From the human T2T-CHM13v2.0 reference genome, Homo sapiens, in assembly GCF_009914755.1 (NCBI RefSeq), contig NC_060926.1: a DNA stretch of 64,000 nt; one strand, 5' to 3'. The position numbers and the translations under genes were made by a program. The notes under the pieces are model-generated. The model saw only the letters and a list, made by a program, of their open reading frames with translations. It did not search any database and was not told the origin of the DNA. Of the stretch, positions 40,055-54,983 are shown piece after piece; position 1 is the stretch's first letter, and each line of letters opens with the position of its first letter.

Positions 40055-42050
40055 CTCATTACCCAATCTTCACAAAACTTGAAAAAATACAGAAACTCTA
40101 ATAACCCATATCTCACAGAGAGTTACAGGGAATTTTTTAGAAGGGGGAGGAGGAGAAAAAAGGAAGAATAGGAGGAGGAAAGGGGAAAACTAGGGGAAGG
40201 GAAGAGGAAGAAATATTTTTATCAGGTTAGAAGGACTCTGATACCAAAAGTAAATATAGGCTGTATGGGAAAGGAAAATTAAGGAGGCTCTCAAAAATTC
40301 TTAAGAAAACTTAATCCATCAGTGTGGAAAATTATAACAGTAGTAATAATAATGGTTATAATTAAATGGTGTTACTAAATAAGATTTATCCTGCAATGTA
40401 AAGATGATTTGGCCCTAGAAAAATCTATTAATTTCCAAAAAAAAATTTGGGGGAAGATAAAAAAAATTAAAAAGATAATCATTTCAGTAGATGCTGGAAA
40501 ATTTTAATAACATTCAACACTTATTCAGGGTTTAAAAAAAAATAAATTAAAAAACATTTCACCTCCCCAGGAATAAAAGGGAATGCCCTTAACCTGATAA
40601 AGTTTGTCTACCAAAAAAAAAAAAAAAAATCTATAACACGCCTTATATTAAATAGTTAAGTTAAAGAACATTTCCTTTAAATTTTTCCTCTAGACAAGGA
40701 TCCTTCCATCACCACTTCATTTTCTCTAAGGTCTTAGAGCAGTTATTATTTATCACCAATATTATCAGCATCTCCACAGAAAATGGAAGAGAACCCAGAG
40801 GCAAATCAGATATAGTAAGAGAGCAGTTTGTTTACTAGATAAAAGAACAATATACCAAAATGGATAGTGTTCTTAAGATATGTACCAAATTATTAGAAGT
40901 GTATACTTTTTAGGAGATCCCACTTAAAAATAGTAAGAACAAAAAAAAATTTAGAAGATACGAATAAACTTAAAGATGTGAAACACCTTTATAGAGAACA
41001 CTTTGTTGAAGGGCTTAAAAGAATGGAGTAAATAGTAAAACATATAAAAGTGATGGATTGGAAGACTCAATCTTCTGGCTTAATCTTTAAATGTGAAACA
41101 TTATCAACCAAAATCTCAGCAGATTTATACACTCAACTTACCAGCGAGTCCTAAATTTATTTCAAAAAAGGAAAAGGCCCAAATTAGCCAAATATATTTA
41201 GTAAATGTGAAACCTCTAACATTCCAAAAAGGGTCAGGTACCTTACTATAAAACAATGTAATTCAACAGGTAAGAGATGTGGGTTAATTGGAATAGAAAG
41301 AGACCCTAGAAACAGACTCACATTTATGGACTCAGGGTATATGAAAGAAATGGCATTATTAATTATTGGGGAAGGATTACTGTCAAAAAATGGCACCAGG
41401 TTAACTTTCTATGTGATAATGGAAAAAAAAAAATTAGAATCCTACCTCAGGCCATTTGCAAAACCTAAACTCAGATTAAAAACTAAACATAAAAAGCAAA
41501 TTTATAAGACTTTTTGAAGAATGCTTTGGAGGATACTTTCATATCAGGCGGGGAAGTATAATGAAGCACTTTACTGTATTAAAATTTTAAAACTTTGTAA
41601 AAAAAAAACCATAAACAAAATGAAAAGTCAAGGCATAGACTAGAAGAACCATGAAAAATATGTATTATAAACAGAATACATATCCTAAATTTGTAAAGAA
41701 CCACAAATCAGTGGGAAAAAGTGAAAAAAAAAGTGGGGGGAAGCATAGAAATAGGCAGTTCATAGAAGATAGTTAAGTGGCAATAACTATATTAAAACTG
41801 CTTAATATCAGTACTGGGGAAATGCAAATTAAAACAACAATGAGGTAGCATTTCATGCCTATCATAATTCCAAAATATAATTCTTATTACACTATGTGTT
41901 GGTGAGGATGTGTAGAAAGACCTCTTCCACATTGCAGGTGGGAATAATTTGGATATATTTATTAAGTTGAAGGTGTTCGTACTCTGTGACATAGGAACCC
42001 CATATCTATGTACTCACGGAAAAGGCTCACACATACACACATACACACAA
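40055..42050 (+). mobile_element. Degraded L1M ORF2 remnant
   Basis: atcatttcagtagatgctggaaa, aacattcaacacttattc, gatggattggaagactcaat, gggaaatgcaaattaaaacaacaatgagg. Confidence 0.75.
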
Positions 42051-42521
42051 CCACACATGGAACTCGCACGAAATCCATTATATTAAATCTCAAACTTCAG
42101 TATGTTCTGGAAAGTATAACCATTATAAATACCACCTGTTGATAACAATGCAATAAAACAAATTATTTAAAAATAAAAATAGAAAACTAACATTTAAGCA
42201 ACTCTTCAATGAAAGAGATTACAAACCAAAATTTCTAAATTTCTGAAAAATGACAGTGAAAACTACCGGATGCATTTACAGCAGTGGTTACAGAAAAATT
42301 GGCAGTCCTATGCACGTGTATCAATGAAAATTAAAAAATATAAATAAAATTTCAGCTCAAAGGCACAAAAGGAAAAATAACCAAAAGAAAGGAATTAAGG
42401 GTAACAGTAAAATGTAGTAACAAATTAACAAATCAGAATCTAGTTGCCTTTCTTTTTTAAATAGATCACTACATAACTTAATCATGAAAAAAATGAGGGA
42501 GGTGAATAAATCACCAATAAA

Positions 42522-43021
42522 CAGTTGACCCTTAAACAACACAGTATGAGCTGTGCAGATCTACTTATACACAGATTTTTTTTTCAATAAAAGTTATACA
42601 GAGTATGCCTGTCTCCCGTTCTACCTCCTCCACCCATTCCACTTCTATCACCCCTGAGAGAGCAAGACCAACTCTTCCTCTTTTTGCTCCTCCTCCTCAG
42701 CCCATTTACTGTGAAGACGAAGAGGATGAAGGTCTTTATGATGATCCACGTCCATTTCATGAATAGGAAACATTTTCTCTTCCTTATGATTTTCTTAATA
42801 GTACTTCCTTTTCTCTAGCTTACTTTCTTGTAAGACTGCAGTATATAACACACATAACATACAAAATATGTGTTAATAGAATCTTTATGTTATCAGTAAG
42901 GCTTCCAGTCAACAATACCATATTAATAGTTAAGTTTTTGTGGGAGTCAAATGTTATTCAGGGAATTTTGACTCTTCAGGGGTCAGCACCCCTAACTCCT
43001 ATGTTGTTCAAGGGCCAATTA
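42522..43021. mobile_element. Tigger2a/2b-like DNA transposon
   Basis: TIRs cagttgacccttaaacaaca / tgttgttcaagggccaatt; internal tgtgaagacgaagaggatgaaggtctttatgatgatccac. Confidence 0.9.
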
Positions 43022-44802
43022 TACAAGATAGGAAATGACAAATGGGAACTAACTACAGAAACAAAAATTAAGAGGCAACTTTATAGACATCATATACATG
43101 GAAAAAACTTGAAAACATGGACAAAATTGAAACTTTCTTTGGAAAATACATTTACCAAAATTGGCTCTGTTAGAGATAGAAAGATTAATCAACTCTTCTA
43201 GAAAAAAAAAAATACCACCCCACAAAAACATCTCTAGGCCCAAAACAAACTCCCAAAGGCAGACCACTCCAATGCTCCACATTTACTTCAGGACATGGAA
43301 AATGAAGAAAAACTTTCTAATTATTTTTATAAAGCAAATATAGCATTGATAATTTAACCTGCAAAAGTCAGTTTTAAAAAAATGAAATGACAGGGTGATG
43401 TCACTATATATATCACTGCAAAAATAGTGAATAAATATGACCAAAACAATGTAACACTACATTAAAAAAATATCACGGCCAAGTGACATTTAATCCAGGA
43501 ATGCAAGTTTGGCTCAATATTAATTGATCCTTTAGTATATGACACCCTGTTAATAAATCTAAAGGAAAAAAATTACAAGATTCTCTACACAAGTGTTTAA
43601 ATAATCTTTGAGAAAACTGAAAATTTAACACTCTTCCTGATGAAAATAGGAATTGATGTATATTTTCTTAACATCATAAAACATATCATGCACACATATG
43701 CTTAGTCCTAACATCAGTATCTCACTTAAGGGGGAACTACTTGAGACACTCCATTTGATCAGGAACAAGGCCAGGATGTCCGCTGCCTCCACTTCTATTA
43801 AACATTTTATTGGATTCAATGCAATTATGCAAGATAAATCAAATGGAGGCATAATAATTGGAAAAGAGCAAGTAAAAACTGTATTTGTAGATGACATGGT
43901 AGTACTCCTGGAAAATGAAGAAAATTATGATAAAAAATTAACTTGATAAAATTTAGATTCAGTAAAAATTAATATATAGAAGTCAGTTGCTTTCACAGAC
44001 ATTGATAGTAAACTGGTGGAGGATATACTGATAGAGAAAACCTCATTTACATTAGCAACAGAGATGAATAAATATGTAGGGAAAATTAGAAGTCGAAATG
44101 TATAAAACCTATCTGGGGAAACGTTAAAACTCCTGTAAATCACAAAAATAGATGTGAAGTAATAGAGACATTGGCTGTTCTATAACAGAATGACTCAAGA
44201 TTATAAAGCTGTCCGTTCTAAGTTACTTTATAAAATTAACACGATACCAATAAAAATAACAAGGTTCTTTGGGAGCTAGACTAGTTAATACTTAAGTTTA
44301 TGTGAAGAAACTTCCAAGAAAAGGCAGGAAAACACTAAGAAAGAAAATCCAGGAAGAGAAAATAAAGTATACAGTAAATTTACTATAAAGTTTCTAAAAT
44401 GAAAACAGTGTGGTGCAGGTGCGTGTCTAGACAACCAGGGAGAAACAGGTTTGAAAATCCAGAAATAGATCCAATTATCTATGGACATTCAACATACAAT
44501 AAAGGTGGCATTTCAAATCACAAAGAAGGGACTTTTTAAACAAACAGTGCTGGGACAATTCGTTGGCCATTTGACCAAACATAACATTAAATGTATACCT
44601 CCCAAACCATACACAAGAATAAATAAATAGATCCAGGATCTAAATGTAAATAATGAAACCACGCCATCACAAGGAATAAAAAACCACAGGTGAATTCCTT
44701 TATCAGCTGGATGAAAGGAATGGTTACCTGACAATGACTCAAACTCCAGATGCCATACAGGATTAGTAAATTTGACTATGTAAAATTTTTAAAATAGTAT
44801 GG

Positions 44803-45293
44803 TATATCAGCTTTCTATGGCTGCTGTAACAAATTATCGCAAATGTAGTGACCTAAAACAATACAAAGTTATCATCCTACAGTTCTGTAGATTAGAAGCC
44901 CCACAGGCCTCACTGATGTAAACTGAAGATGTCAAGAGGACTGCATTTTTTTCTAGAGGCTCTAAGAAAGAACTCATTTCTTTGCCTTTCCCAGCATCTA
45001 GAGGCTGCCTACATTCCTTGGTCCATGGCCCCTTCCTCCATCTTCAAAAGCCAGGAACTTTATGTCTCTTACCCTTTTCTGTAGTCACGTCTCCCTCTGC
45101 CCACAACCAGGAATGGCTGTTAGTTTTCAAGGACCTGTGATTACACTGGACCCACCTGATTAATCCAGGATAATGTCTTCAACTCAGAGCTCTTACCATC
45201 TGCAAGTCCTTTTTGCCATGTAAAGTAACATTTTTAAAAATTCTAAGCATTCTGATATGTATTTTTTTGTGGGTAATTATTTTTCCTACCACA
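44803..45293 (-). mobile_element. MLT1 MaLR solo LTR
   Basis: ggctgctgtaacaaattatcgcaaatgtagtgacctaaaacaa...ctagaggctgcctacattccttgg...taatccaggataat...cctaccaca. Confidence 0.88.
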
Positions 45294-47016
45294 CATAGCA
45301 AGAAAAAACTCAAAAACAAACCAAAAAATATTTTTAAAATAAATTGAAAGACGTCTGACAAAATGGGAGAAAACATTTGTAGTGATCACAAATAAGAGGC
45401 TAATATCCATCCCTAAACTACAAAAAAAAAAAAAAAAACCCTCTTAAAATAAGGGGGAAAGGCCAAAAACTTAATAGAAAAGTTGGCTATAGTCATGGGC
45501 AAACAATTCACAAAACGACACGCAAGTGGCCTTTAAACATAGGAAGAGGTAGTCAAGCTCACTCTTAACTAGAGAAATAAAGTTTTAAACTACGCTGAGA
45601 TACTATCTCTCATTCATCAGATTGGGAGACATTTAGATGTTGATCCTTTATTCTATTGGTGCGACTGTGGGTAATCATGCAGTCTTATACATTGCTGGTA
45701 GAAATATAAATTAGTTCAACCATTTTGGAGGAAAATTTGACAATAAGCAAAACTCTATTTTCATTTACCATTTGAGTACACATTCTCACTTTTTGGAGTT
45801 AACCCTGAAAGTGTACTTCCAATAATACAAAAGTGCATAGGCACTTTGTTTATTGCCGCACTATCACTGCCCACTGTTGCTTAAAATGTCACTTAACTCA
45901 TCCTTGGTCACTATATATCCATTTGTATCCCTATTTTATGGCTTATCCGTCAGGTTTGGATTGTATACTACAATTCAGATTTGCAGTCCTTCATTGGGCT
46001 TCTACACCACTCTCTGCATAGAACTGAGTAAATGTTTGCTGATTTGAACATTTTTAGGGCTAAACAATCATTTTGTTTTCAAAAATTTTATTTTGGAAAA
46101 AAGTTCTCCTACATAACTAATATCACATAGCTTTATTAATTTTGAATTTAACCCAGATTGTTGTCCAATATACTTTTTTTTCACAGTTGTTACTAAGTTT
46201 CTGTTTTATCACAGCCAGTCTTAAGTAAGGAAATTAGATTTATTTAATAATTAAACCTCTATGACAATGGCCCAGGGCCAACTGAATTCAGCACAGCAAC
46301 TTAGAATAAGATTCTACTGGACTTTCTATACTTTTCAGCCACAACTGAGCACACCGTTGTTCTATGATAGCATTATTGTCATTAATGAAATGTATAAATG
46401 GAATGCAACTAAATAGTGCCTGGTTAAATAGTTCCTGGGGCTTGGTAACAAAACAAATAAATACACAACCATACTCTGAAGATGAATGTTCTTGTCTTAA
46501 TTTAGTTATTCACACAACCATCATTCATTAGGAAATTAATACAATCAGGTTCATGTGTCAGGTTCTTAGAATGAGAAGTGTATGATCCTTAAGCCAAAAA
46601 AGGTTCATTACTTCAATTTTTAATAATACATCTTCTAGATATTTTATTATCTGTATCCAGATCCTCTTTAGACTGTCTCCTGAAATTACTATGCATATAT
46701 ATACACATACACATATATAGTACCTGTATTTATTGTTATATGCCTATATGCTACTTTTACTGGAATACTTCCCTTTATATTTGAGGACCTCTATTTAAGC
46801 AAAGTAATAACCTAAGTACAAACAGGGAAAAAATTCTCCCTCATGTACACACATGCATATTTTTAAAGTTTGTCCAAATCCATCACAATTGAGGCTTAGA
46901 TTAGCATCCACATGTCTGAAATGGCTGCATAAGGGGGAAGGGTGGTATATATTTAAAGAAAACTTGCATTTAAGAAATTCATTATTGACCCCTTAACCCT
47001 AGCATAGGGATAGTTT

Positions 47017-47032
47017 CTTTTGTTTTCTGTTC

Positions 47033-47063
<31 letters not shown>

Positions 47064-47176
47064 GAGACAGGGTCTGACTCTCTTGCCCAGGCTGGAGTGC
47101 AGTGGTACGATCTCGGCTCACCGCAACCTCCACCTCCCAGGCTCGAGCCATCCTCCCACCTCAGCCTCCTGAGTAG
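47017..47176 (-). mobile_element. 5'-truncated AluJ right arm with (TTTA)n tail
   Basis: gagacagggtctgactc...gctcgagccatcctcccacctcagcctcctgagtag, then similarity stops. Confidence 0.9.
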
Positions 47177-47346
47177 GGAGGTCCCGGGGCTTAGCAGAGT
47201 GGCTCCAGGGGATGGCTTAGAAGGACATGGGCACAGGAAATCAAATTTGTGATGACTTAGATCCTTCTTATTTACTTATTTAGGAGTTAGTACATCAAGG
47301 TTGCAAAACATCCCAAGAAAACAATTTTTAAAATTCATTCTAGATC

Positions 47347-47560
47347 AGGAATTGGCACCCACAGGCCAAACCTTGCCAGTTCTATGTAAATAGCGCTTTA
47401 TTGGAATAGTTATACCTGTTCACTTACGTATCCTTTGTGGGTGTTCTTGAGCTAAGATTACAAAATTGAGCAATTTGTGACAGTGACGATATGGGTACCA
47501 CTCAGAAAACCAAAAATATTTACTATGTGGTCCTTAACAGAAAAAGTGTGCTGACCCTGC
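47347..47560. mobile_element. MER58A-like hAT-Charlie element
   Basis: caggaattggca...gtaaatagcgctttattggaa...aaaatatttactatgtggtccttaacagaaaaagtgtgctgaccctg. Confidence 0.8.
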
Positions 47561-48339
47561 TACAGAAAATATTGCCCTCTTACAAGATGTCATAAACAGG
47601 AATGCATACTTTCAAAAAACTATTAATGATTATAATTTTGAGTTATACTGACACAACTAGAGCAATTAAATCCATGTTATAAATTCTAAGGAGTCTTCAA
47701 GTTTCTGATATAACTTGTTCTACAGCACATACATTGCTGCTGAATATCAGTGACATTCCGTTTTTAACAGTAAGAATAGAAGTGATTTTAGCTAATTAAC
47801 TTTTGAAATTAACTTTTTATAGCCAGCAATAACTACAGCAAGATTATTTCTAGATAATTAAAATACAGTGCTCCTAATGAATGGATATCTACTATAACTT
47901 TGTTTATAAAGACAAGTATAGTTGCTTATATCATTTCAAATTGTGCTTTGTGTATTCAAAATTATATTTTTTTCAAAATGTAAACTTGGGTTTTTTCAAT
48001 CTATTTATTTTTATGAACTAGGACTACAACAGTTGCCAAATTTCTAAAATATCTTATAAAATCTTAAAATTACAAAGTCACTATTTGGTAATTAAACCGT
48101 TAAAAATATCAAGAAGCCTGGGCCTCAGAATTTCTTATGAAAGGAATAGAGTTTTGAGAGGTATTCTGGAGAGATATTGGAAATTAACATAAAGGAAATA
48201 ATGAAAGCTGAAATTGATACCTACGGAATTGAAAAATGTTAGCACCATCACAAGTTCTTAAAAGTTAAGAACTATATTCTAGGAACTTAAAGAATGTGTT
48301 CTGCCTTTCTACTATTTTTGGCCTGTGTAGGCAGGATAT

Positions 48340-48705
48340 TTTGGAAGGATAGGCTGGGTTGTACCATGGTGACAAGCAACCCCTAGATCTCAGTGGCTTG
48401 AAACAAATGCCTATTTCTTCTTCATGCTAGCTTTTGGTGGGGACTCTGCTCATGGTAATCATTTTATGACCCCAGCTTTAGAGAAACCACCATCTTGAGA
48501 GCTGCTGGTTGCCATGCAAGAAGAAAGAGCATGTTGGGCAGTTGCAGACCCACAGTTAAATGCTTCAATTTGGAGTGTCACTTTTGCTAACAATTCATTG
48601 GCCAGAACGTGTCCCATGACCCCATCCATCCTCAGAGGAGCAGGAGTTGCAATTCTATCACGTGCCTATAAGGAAGAGGGCTGGATATATTTAGTGACAA
48701 CTCAT
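48340..48705 (-). mobile_element. Old MLT1 (J/K-like) LTR
   Basis: gtgacaagcaacccctagatctcagtggcttgaaacaa...ttcattggccagaacgtgtcccatgacccca. Confidence 0.7.
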
Positions 48706-48714
48706 TAAATGTTT

Positions 48715-48890
48715 AGGGTAATGATTAACGACCCAGCCCTCCAGCCAAACTAGTTAATTAATGTTTGTGCTTCATTTCCCTCATCTGCAAAATGGGAAGA
48801 CTAAACCTCATAAAACTGTGATGATTAAATGACTTAATACTTGTGAAGTGTTTAGAACAATACTGTCATATAATGATAAAGTATTATTAT
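48715..48890 (+). mobile_element. MIR
   Basis: gtgcttcatttccctcatctgcaaaatggg...gattaaatgacttaatacttgtgaagtgtttagaacaa. Confidence 0.75.
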
Positions 48891-50171
48891 TTCTTTTTAA
48901 CTTTTGTACCTGCCACCCTGGTCTTCAGTGCCAAAAGCAGAGATGAGGGCAAAAACAAAAGTGGGCAGTCTTAGGAATGCTGACCTGGACCCAGTAGGGA
49001 TGCCTACAACAGATATTCTTGAGAAAAGACCCATGACCAAATGAAAGAGATCAAAGATGCTAGGATTTCCTTATAAGTAACATTGATCCAGAAGGTATGA
49101 AACAAGCCATTAGCAGAGCAATGATTTATTTTTAACGGGAATTGGAAGATAAGGGGGATAAAAACACCTAAACTGAAAACAGGACTTTTGTAATATGAAG
49201 GCCAGAGGATGAACTTAGGGTGTGGTCATATAATGTATAACATGGATGCAATCAGTGGAAGATGCTGAATAGGGCTATCATATAGCATGCATATTTGGGT
49301 AATACGGTATATGAATGAATCTCTTCTAATCTGTGGTTTAGAAGGCTTACACCAGGCTAAACAGGAGTTCAAGTAAATGACTCCCACTAGAAAGAGCTAC
49401 GGCTACAAAGAAGAGAAATGGGAGCAAAGTGAAAGTCAACCCAACAATTATGTAGAAACATAGCAAGTGGTAGACTAATGACATGGTTCATTCCTACCAG
49501 AATTCCTGTTTCCTCAGTACTGGCAGCAATGAGATTGCTCTGAATCCATGATCATCCATATGTATTAAAACAATCCTTGACTGTTGGACACCAAGGAGAT
49601 GCCAAGATAAACAGACATGATTTCTCTCTTCCAGGGGCTTATTGTTTAACAAGAAAGACATAGGGTATTAACCTACCTTAACATAAATCAGAATGAAGTA
49701 AGTTTTATACTACTCACATAAGCAGAACATTATGGGAGTAGAGAAGGAGCAGAGGTTCATTTTTAATATGGAATTTGGGAATGCATTTTGGTGGAGATGG
49801 CATTTTAAATGAGATTTTAAAGAAGAGGAAGGGATGAAAATGGATACAATGAATAAGATAACATAATATCATGAGAAGCCAGGAAAATGGGTAAGATTGA
49901 CCATTTGAAGGAGGTAGAGGAGAAATAGTTTTTTTTTAAAAGGAAGCTTTTGTTCCTTTGTTCCTTTTGTCCTTTGTTCACCCCCAGTAATTCAGCAGCA
50001 CACACTAGACTGTCTCATTCTATAATTGTATGTATTTCTATCATTCTATAGATTCTATAGATATAATTCTAAAATCATTCTATAATTTTATGTTTATGAC
50101 TCCCTTTTATTTACCTAAAACATTAACTATAATTTTTAAATGGCTATTTGATGTTAATTTTATTTCTGTAA

Positions 50172-50550
<379 letters not shown>

Positions 50551-52623
50551 TGAAAAGGAATTTTAAGTTAAATTTTTGCTTTATAGATAAAGAATCCAGT
50601 GATCAAATGATTTCCTCATAATTGTAGAGTGGCAGACTCAAGAACTTGTAGAACTCATATCCTAATACTGAATGTATTTGTTACTTTAAAAGATAAAATA
50701 ATCAAGAAAACAACAAAAATGAGTCCAGGGTTACTCTTGTGGTTGCTCTGTGAGTATCATTTGTCAGAAGCAAGGTGAATGATGCCTATAAGATTGTGCA
50801 TATATATATATATGATTGTATATAATATAAATAGAATAAACATAGAATTAATTACTAACCCCTAAAATGTCTAATTGAGGAGTCACCAATTCAAGCTTGT
50901 CTGTGTTTAGGACAAATAAAAGGAAGCCCTACCCCATAGAGTAGGGATTAAGTTGATGGAACTCTTTACCCAACAGGAGGTAGAAGAAGTTGGAAATAAA
51001 AACAGATTTTAAATGGCTTATATAAATTAATGACTGGCCCATCACACAGTTAATAAGAAAAAAATAGTATGTGTGGGTCATGTTATGCATGTTTGAAGTT
51101 GACATCAAAGAAGTCCTTGCTTTGCCAACTCTGCCAAAGACAGATGGCACGTGGCCATGATGCACCGTGGCAATTCTTGCTTCTGTTTGTGAAACTCTCC
51201 AAAGGCTGTGTTTTGGAAGTCATGAGAAATTGCTAGGTTCCTGGGTTGTGAATAGAAGATGGACATTCAAGGAACCAATCTCTATCTGTATATTAACCAA
51301 GACAACTATATCTAACATTTTATTCCCAAACAGGAGCATAAGGGACATTTCCACATTCTAACTTTACATGAAGACTCAGGACTTTGAAAGCCCATGAGAA
51401 AGTTTTCATAAGGATTTATCCACAATTTCTTCTTTGATTTGCTCAGATGTGAAGCAGGAAACCTTCCAGACATCCTGAACCTCTGAACTTTTTGTGGATT
51501 GCCCATCAACACAGGCAAACATTCATGAAGCAATTCAAAAATCTCTTCTCACTGCATTATAAGCATGTCCTTACGTTATTCATATATCAAGAGCATGCCC
51601 ATTCCCAACCCACAATGGAATGTGAGCCTAATTACATGTTCCTTTGGAATAAGATCTCACCAGCCCAGGAGTGTCAGAAACCCTCTATCATATATACGTA
51701 TCTTGTTTCCAAAATGATCTTCCCAAGCCACCCTAACAGGCCCCCTTCAGAATGCTTCCTGCTGACAAGTGAATCTGCTTTTTGCCTTTCACCCAATCTC
51801 AGCTCATGCTTTCTCTGTGAAAATATCACAGACCACATCTGACAGTGGTCCAGCTAATTAATGTACTCCAATGTCTAGCAAGCATTTGACAGGAAAAATA
51901 ATCTATACAGTATTTATTGCAAAATCTTCACCAATGTGACAAAGATGAATGTAAACTTTACATAATCATTTTTCATTTGTTATCCAAAGTTGAAAGTGAT
52001 TTTCAAATGCTAACTTTAAAATTATGATGAGGAAGATAACAGCTCTGCTTTAAAACTGCTTGGCAATGGAATTTCTATAGTATAATGGTTTAGCAATGAG
52101 CTAGAAAAATAAACTCTCTTGCTAATGTAGTAAATGGGCCAGAAATAAACTTCTCAGGGATTTGGGTGGTGGGGTGGGGTGAGGGAAGGGCACACAGAGG
52201 GGATAGTGGAATTGGATTTCTGGAATAAATGATCTGAAACCCTTAGCACACTATATCTTCAAAAAGCAATGTCTTCCTTTATATAATGCACGTATCACCA
52301 TCACGATACGAGAGCAACTCGAAGAATCTTAACGTATACCACGGTAAACACCTACGGCACCCAACTCAGTCTACAGCAGGACACCCAAAAGTTAAATTCA
52401 CTTTGGCTGTGGCTGTGCTCCAGGTACATATTTTCTCATGAGCTTTGTTTCTTTGTTCTAGAACCATCCTTCCCAATATTCCTTAACATTGAAATTATAC
52501 ATGTTAAATTAATTATTGTTCATTTAACTGATGAGCTGAAACTCACGTCCTTCCTTTTGAAAGCTAAAGTAATCTTCTAATAAAAGGTCAGGAATTATCA
52601 AATTTACTTGTAATTATTACTAA

Positions 52624-52934
<311 letters not shown>

Positions 52935-53269
52935 TCTTCTGTGACTTCTTAACCACAAATAAAGTCTTGGCCTTGGAAAAAGGAAGATCTGAAACAGAAC
53001 AAGGCAATTAAAAAGTGGGTGGAGGAAGTATAGGAGTAGTGGAGAAAAAAGAAAGGAATGGATTTTCTAAATTTAAAACACTCTTTGCCCTTTCCTGAAA
53101 TAATGACTTATATTCTTTGAGTTCACAAGAGAGTAATTGGATATGCATGATGCAATGCTGGAATTTTAGGTATTTTGCCTAAAGGTTATTAACAATTAGT
53201 ACCACTAGGGGAAAAATCATAAAGTTAGTTAGAATAACAACCCTCTCTCAAAGGATAATGAAAACTGGA

Positions 53270-53960
53270 CTTGTAATCTGGTCATAATAAAAATATATTA
53301 TGTTTATATTGGAGCCTCACATGTCAAGAGGAAAACTCACAAACTAGAATATGTCCAACAGGTGGCCATGACTAAATGAAGACTGAAAAACAAGTTGTAT
53401 GAGGACCAATGAAGGAATCTTCCTTTGAAGCAGTAAAGACTGCGAAAAAAAACATGAAAAACTGTCTTTAGATAAATCCTTTAACAGGAATGGTACACAG
53501 AACAGGGAGATGTTATAAGTGGAGCTACTGATGACAGCATTAGAGCCAAAGGGTGAAAGGCAGATGTTGAGTCATTCAATAGAAGAGGTGTCTGATCTCT
53601 TCCTATCCAATGTAGCAGAATCCATCCCATACTATATCTGAAAGATGACCACTTTGCTTTGACATTTGCAGTGGTACAGAACTCACTATCTCAAGAATAC
53701 CTTCCTCGGGATGGTAATAAGTATGAGAAATGCCCTTTCTAGTTCTAAATTTCTTCTCCACAAGACAACTCATTCCATTTTCAAACAATTATTAGATCTA
53801 TCCATCTCTTAGTCTTCTATTTGTCAAGCAAACATCTCCAATTCCTCACATCATTATTAATTCAGTATTGTGAACCTTGTACCATTTTAGTCACCAGCTT
53901 TGTGGATAATCTTTGGATTGTAGTGTCTGTAACTGACATCCAAATTAAGTGCTCTTGATA
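53270..53960. mobile_element. Possible CR1/L3 fragments
   Basis: cacaaactagaatatgtccaacaggtggcca...gtatgaggaccaatgaaggaa and ctttctagttctaaat...catctcttagtcttct resemble L3; heavily diverged. Confidence 0.4.
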
Positions 53961-53971
53961 TGGTCTAACTA

Positions 53972-54132
53972 GCAACTGACCCCATCCATATTTCTATTTC
54001 CAAAGCAGAGAAACAAGAAAATCAATTGGCCAATATAACTGAATAAATCCAGGTAAATACATATTTGGCTTTCAATTAGTCAGGAAGTCTGAATTTCTAG
54101 AGGATATTGAAGATACAGCATCAGACAATGCA
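53972..54132 (+). repeat. 161-bp dispersed direct repeat, copy 1 (copy 2 at 54984-55144)
   Basis: gcaactga..ccatccatatttct...ccaaagcagagaaacaagaaaatcaatt...tcagacaatgca; ~10 substitutions, no gaps. Confidence 0.96.
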
Positions 54133-54983
54133 TTTGTCTGATTGCTGACAACTTTTAATTTCCCTGTTCAAGAAAATCGATCAATGTGTGTTAGCTAAAC
54201 ACCTGTTATGTTCAACCCTGTGTTAGTCATCATTTGATGTGTAACAGAAGTGTAAGGCCAGGTACCTACAATATTTGTAGAGTCAATACTAAGGTACATG
54301 AAATAATTTTAGAGTTTTTACAAGATATACATCATTATGTATACTTATATGAAATAGTCTCAAGTTCAGCAGGGAAGACTGGGCCCAGGTGGGCTGAGGA
54401 ATGCATGTGAAGAGGTAGGGAGGCAGGAAACTTGAAGGATGGTTAGGGCTTGTCTATTTGGAATGGAGAGAGAGGCCACAAAGGAGTGCGTGTGTAGAAA
54501 TAATGAGTAATAAAGGAGGTCAAGGTTAGTAGGGACGTGTGTGGTTACAAATAGAAATATTTGGATTTGTACCATAACATTTCTATTACAACTTCCTTTC
54601 TCCCATTCCAAACATGCTTGGTTTTACAGAAAAAACTTCCAGGACTCAGATTTCCATGGGTATTAGTTTGCAAACTAATCCCTGATGAGATATTATGAGG
54701 AGCTAAGAGAGTGATGCTAGAATTCTCAAGTGGCAATGGCAAATTTCAGGGCTGACTTCCTGGATAACCAATTCTTTTTTTTTATTCTGAGCATGGGAAT
54801 TTCAGTTCATCCAGCAGAAGAAATGTTTTTTGATAGATGTGACTTTTGGTACATTTTGAATTATGTCATCTTGGGGACAAATGGTCCCAAAAGCCAAGGT
54901 CCTAAATGTGTACATCTGATCCAACTCTAAGAACTTTTGCTCAGTTGTGACGTCAAAGAATTTCTATTTTAGAGTGGTCTTCT

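Larger units (their letters stand above)
42150..45830 (+). mobile_element. Second degraded L1M ORF2 remnant, interrupted by Tigger2 and MLT1
   Basis: GIIIGKEQVKTVFVDDMVVLLEN (~43850) matches the L1 RT motif [24 protein letters not shown]; many stops and frameshifts. Confidence 0.82.

Noticed and set aside
43698-43946. Reverse-transcriptase-like ORF with FVDD motif
   Set aside because: Decayed L1 ORF2 fossil with surrounding stops and frameshifts; not a functional RT
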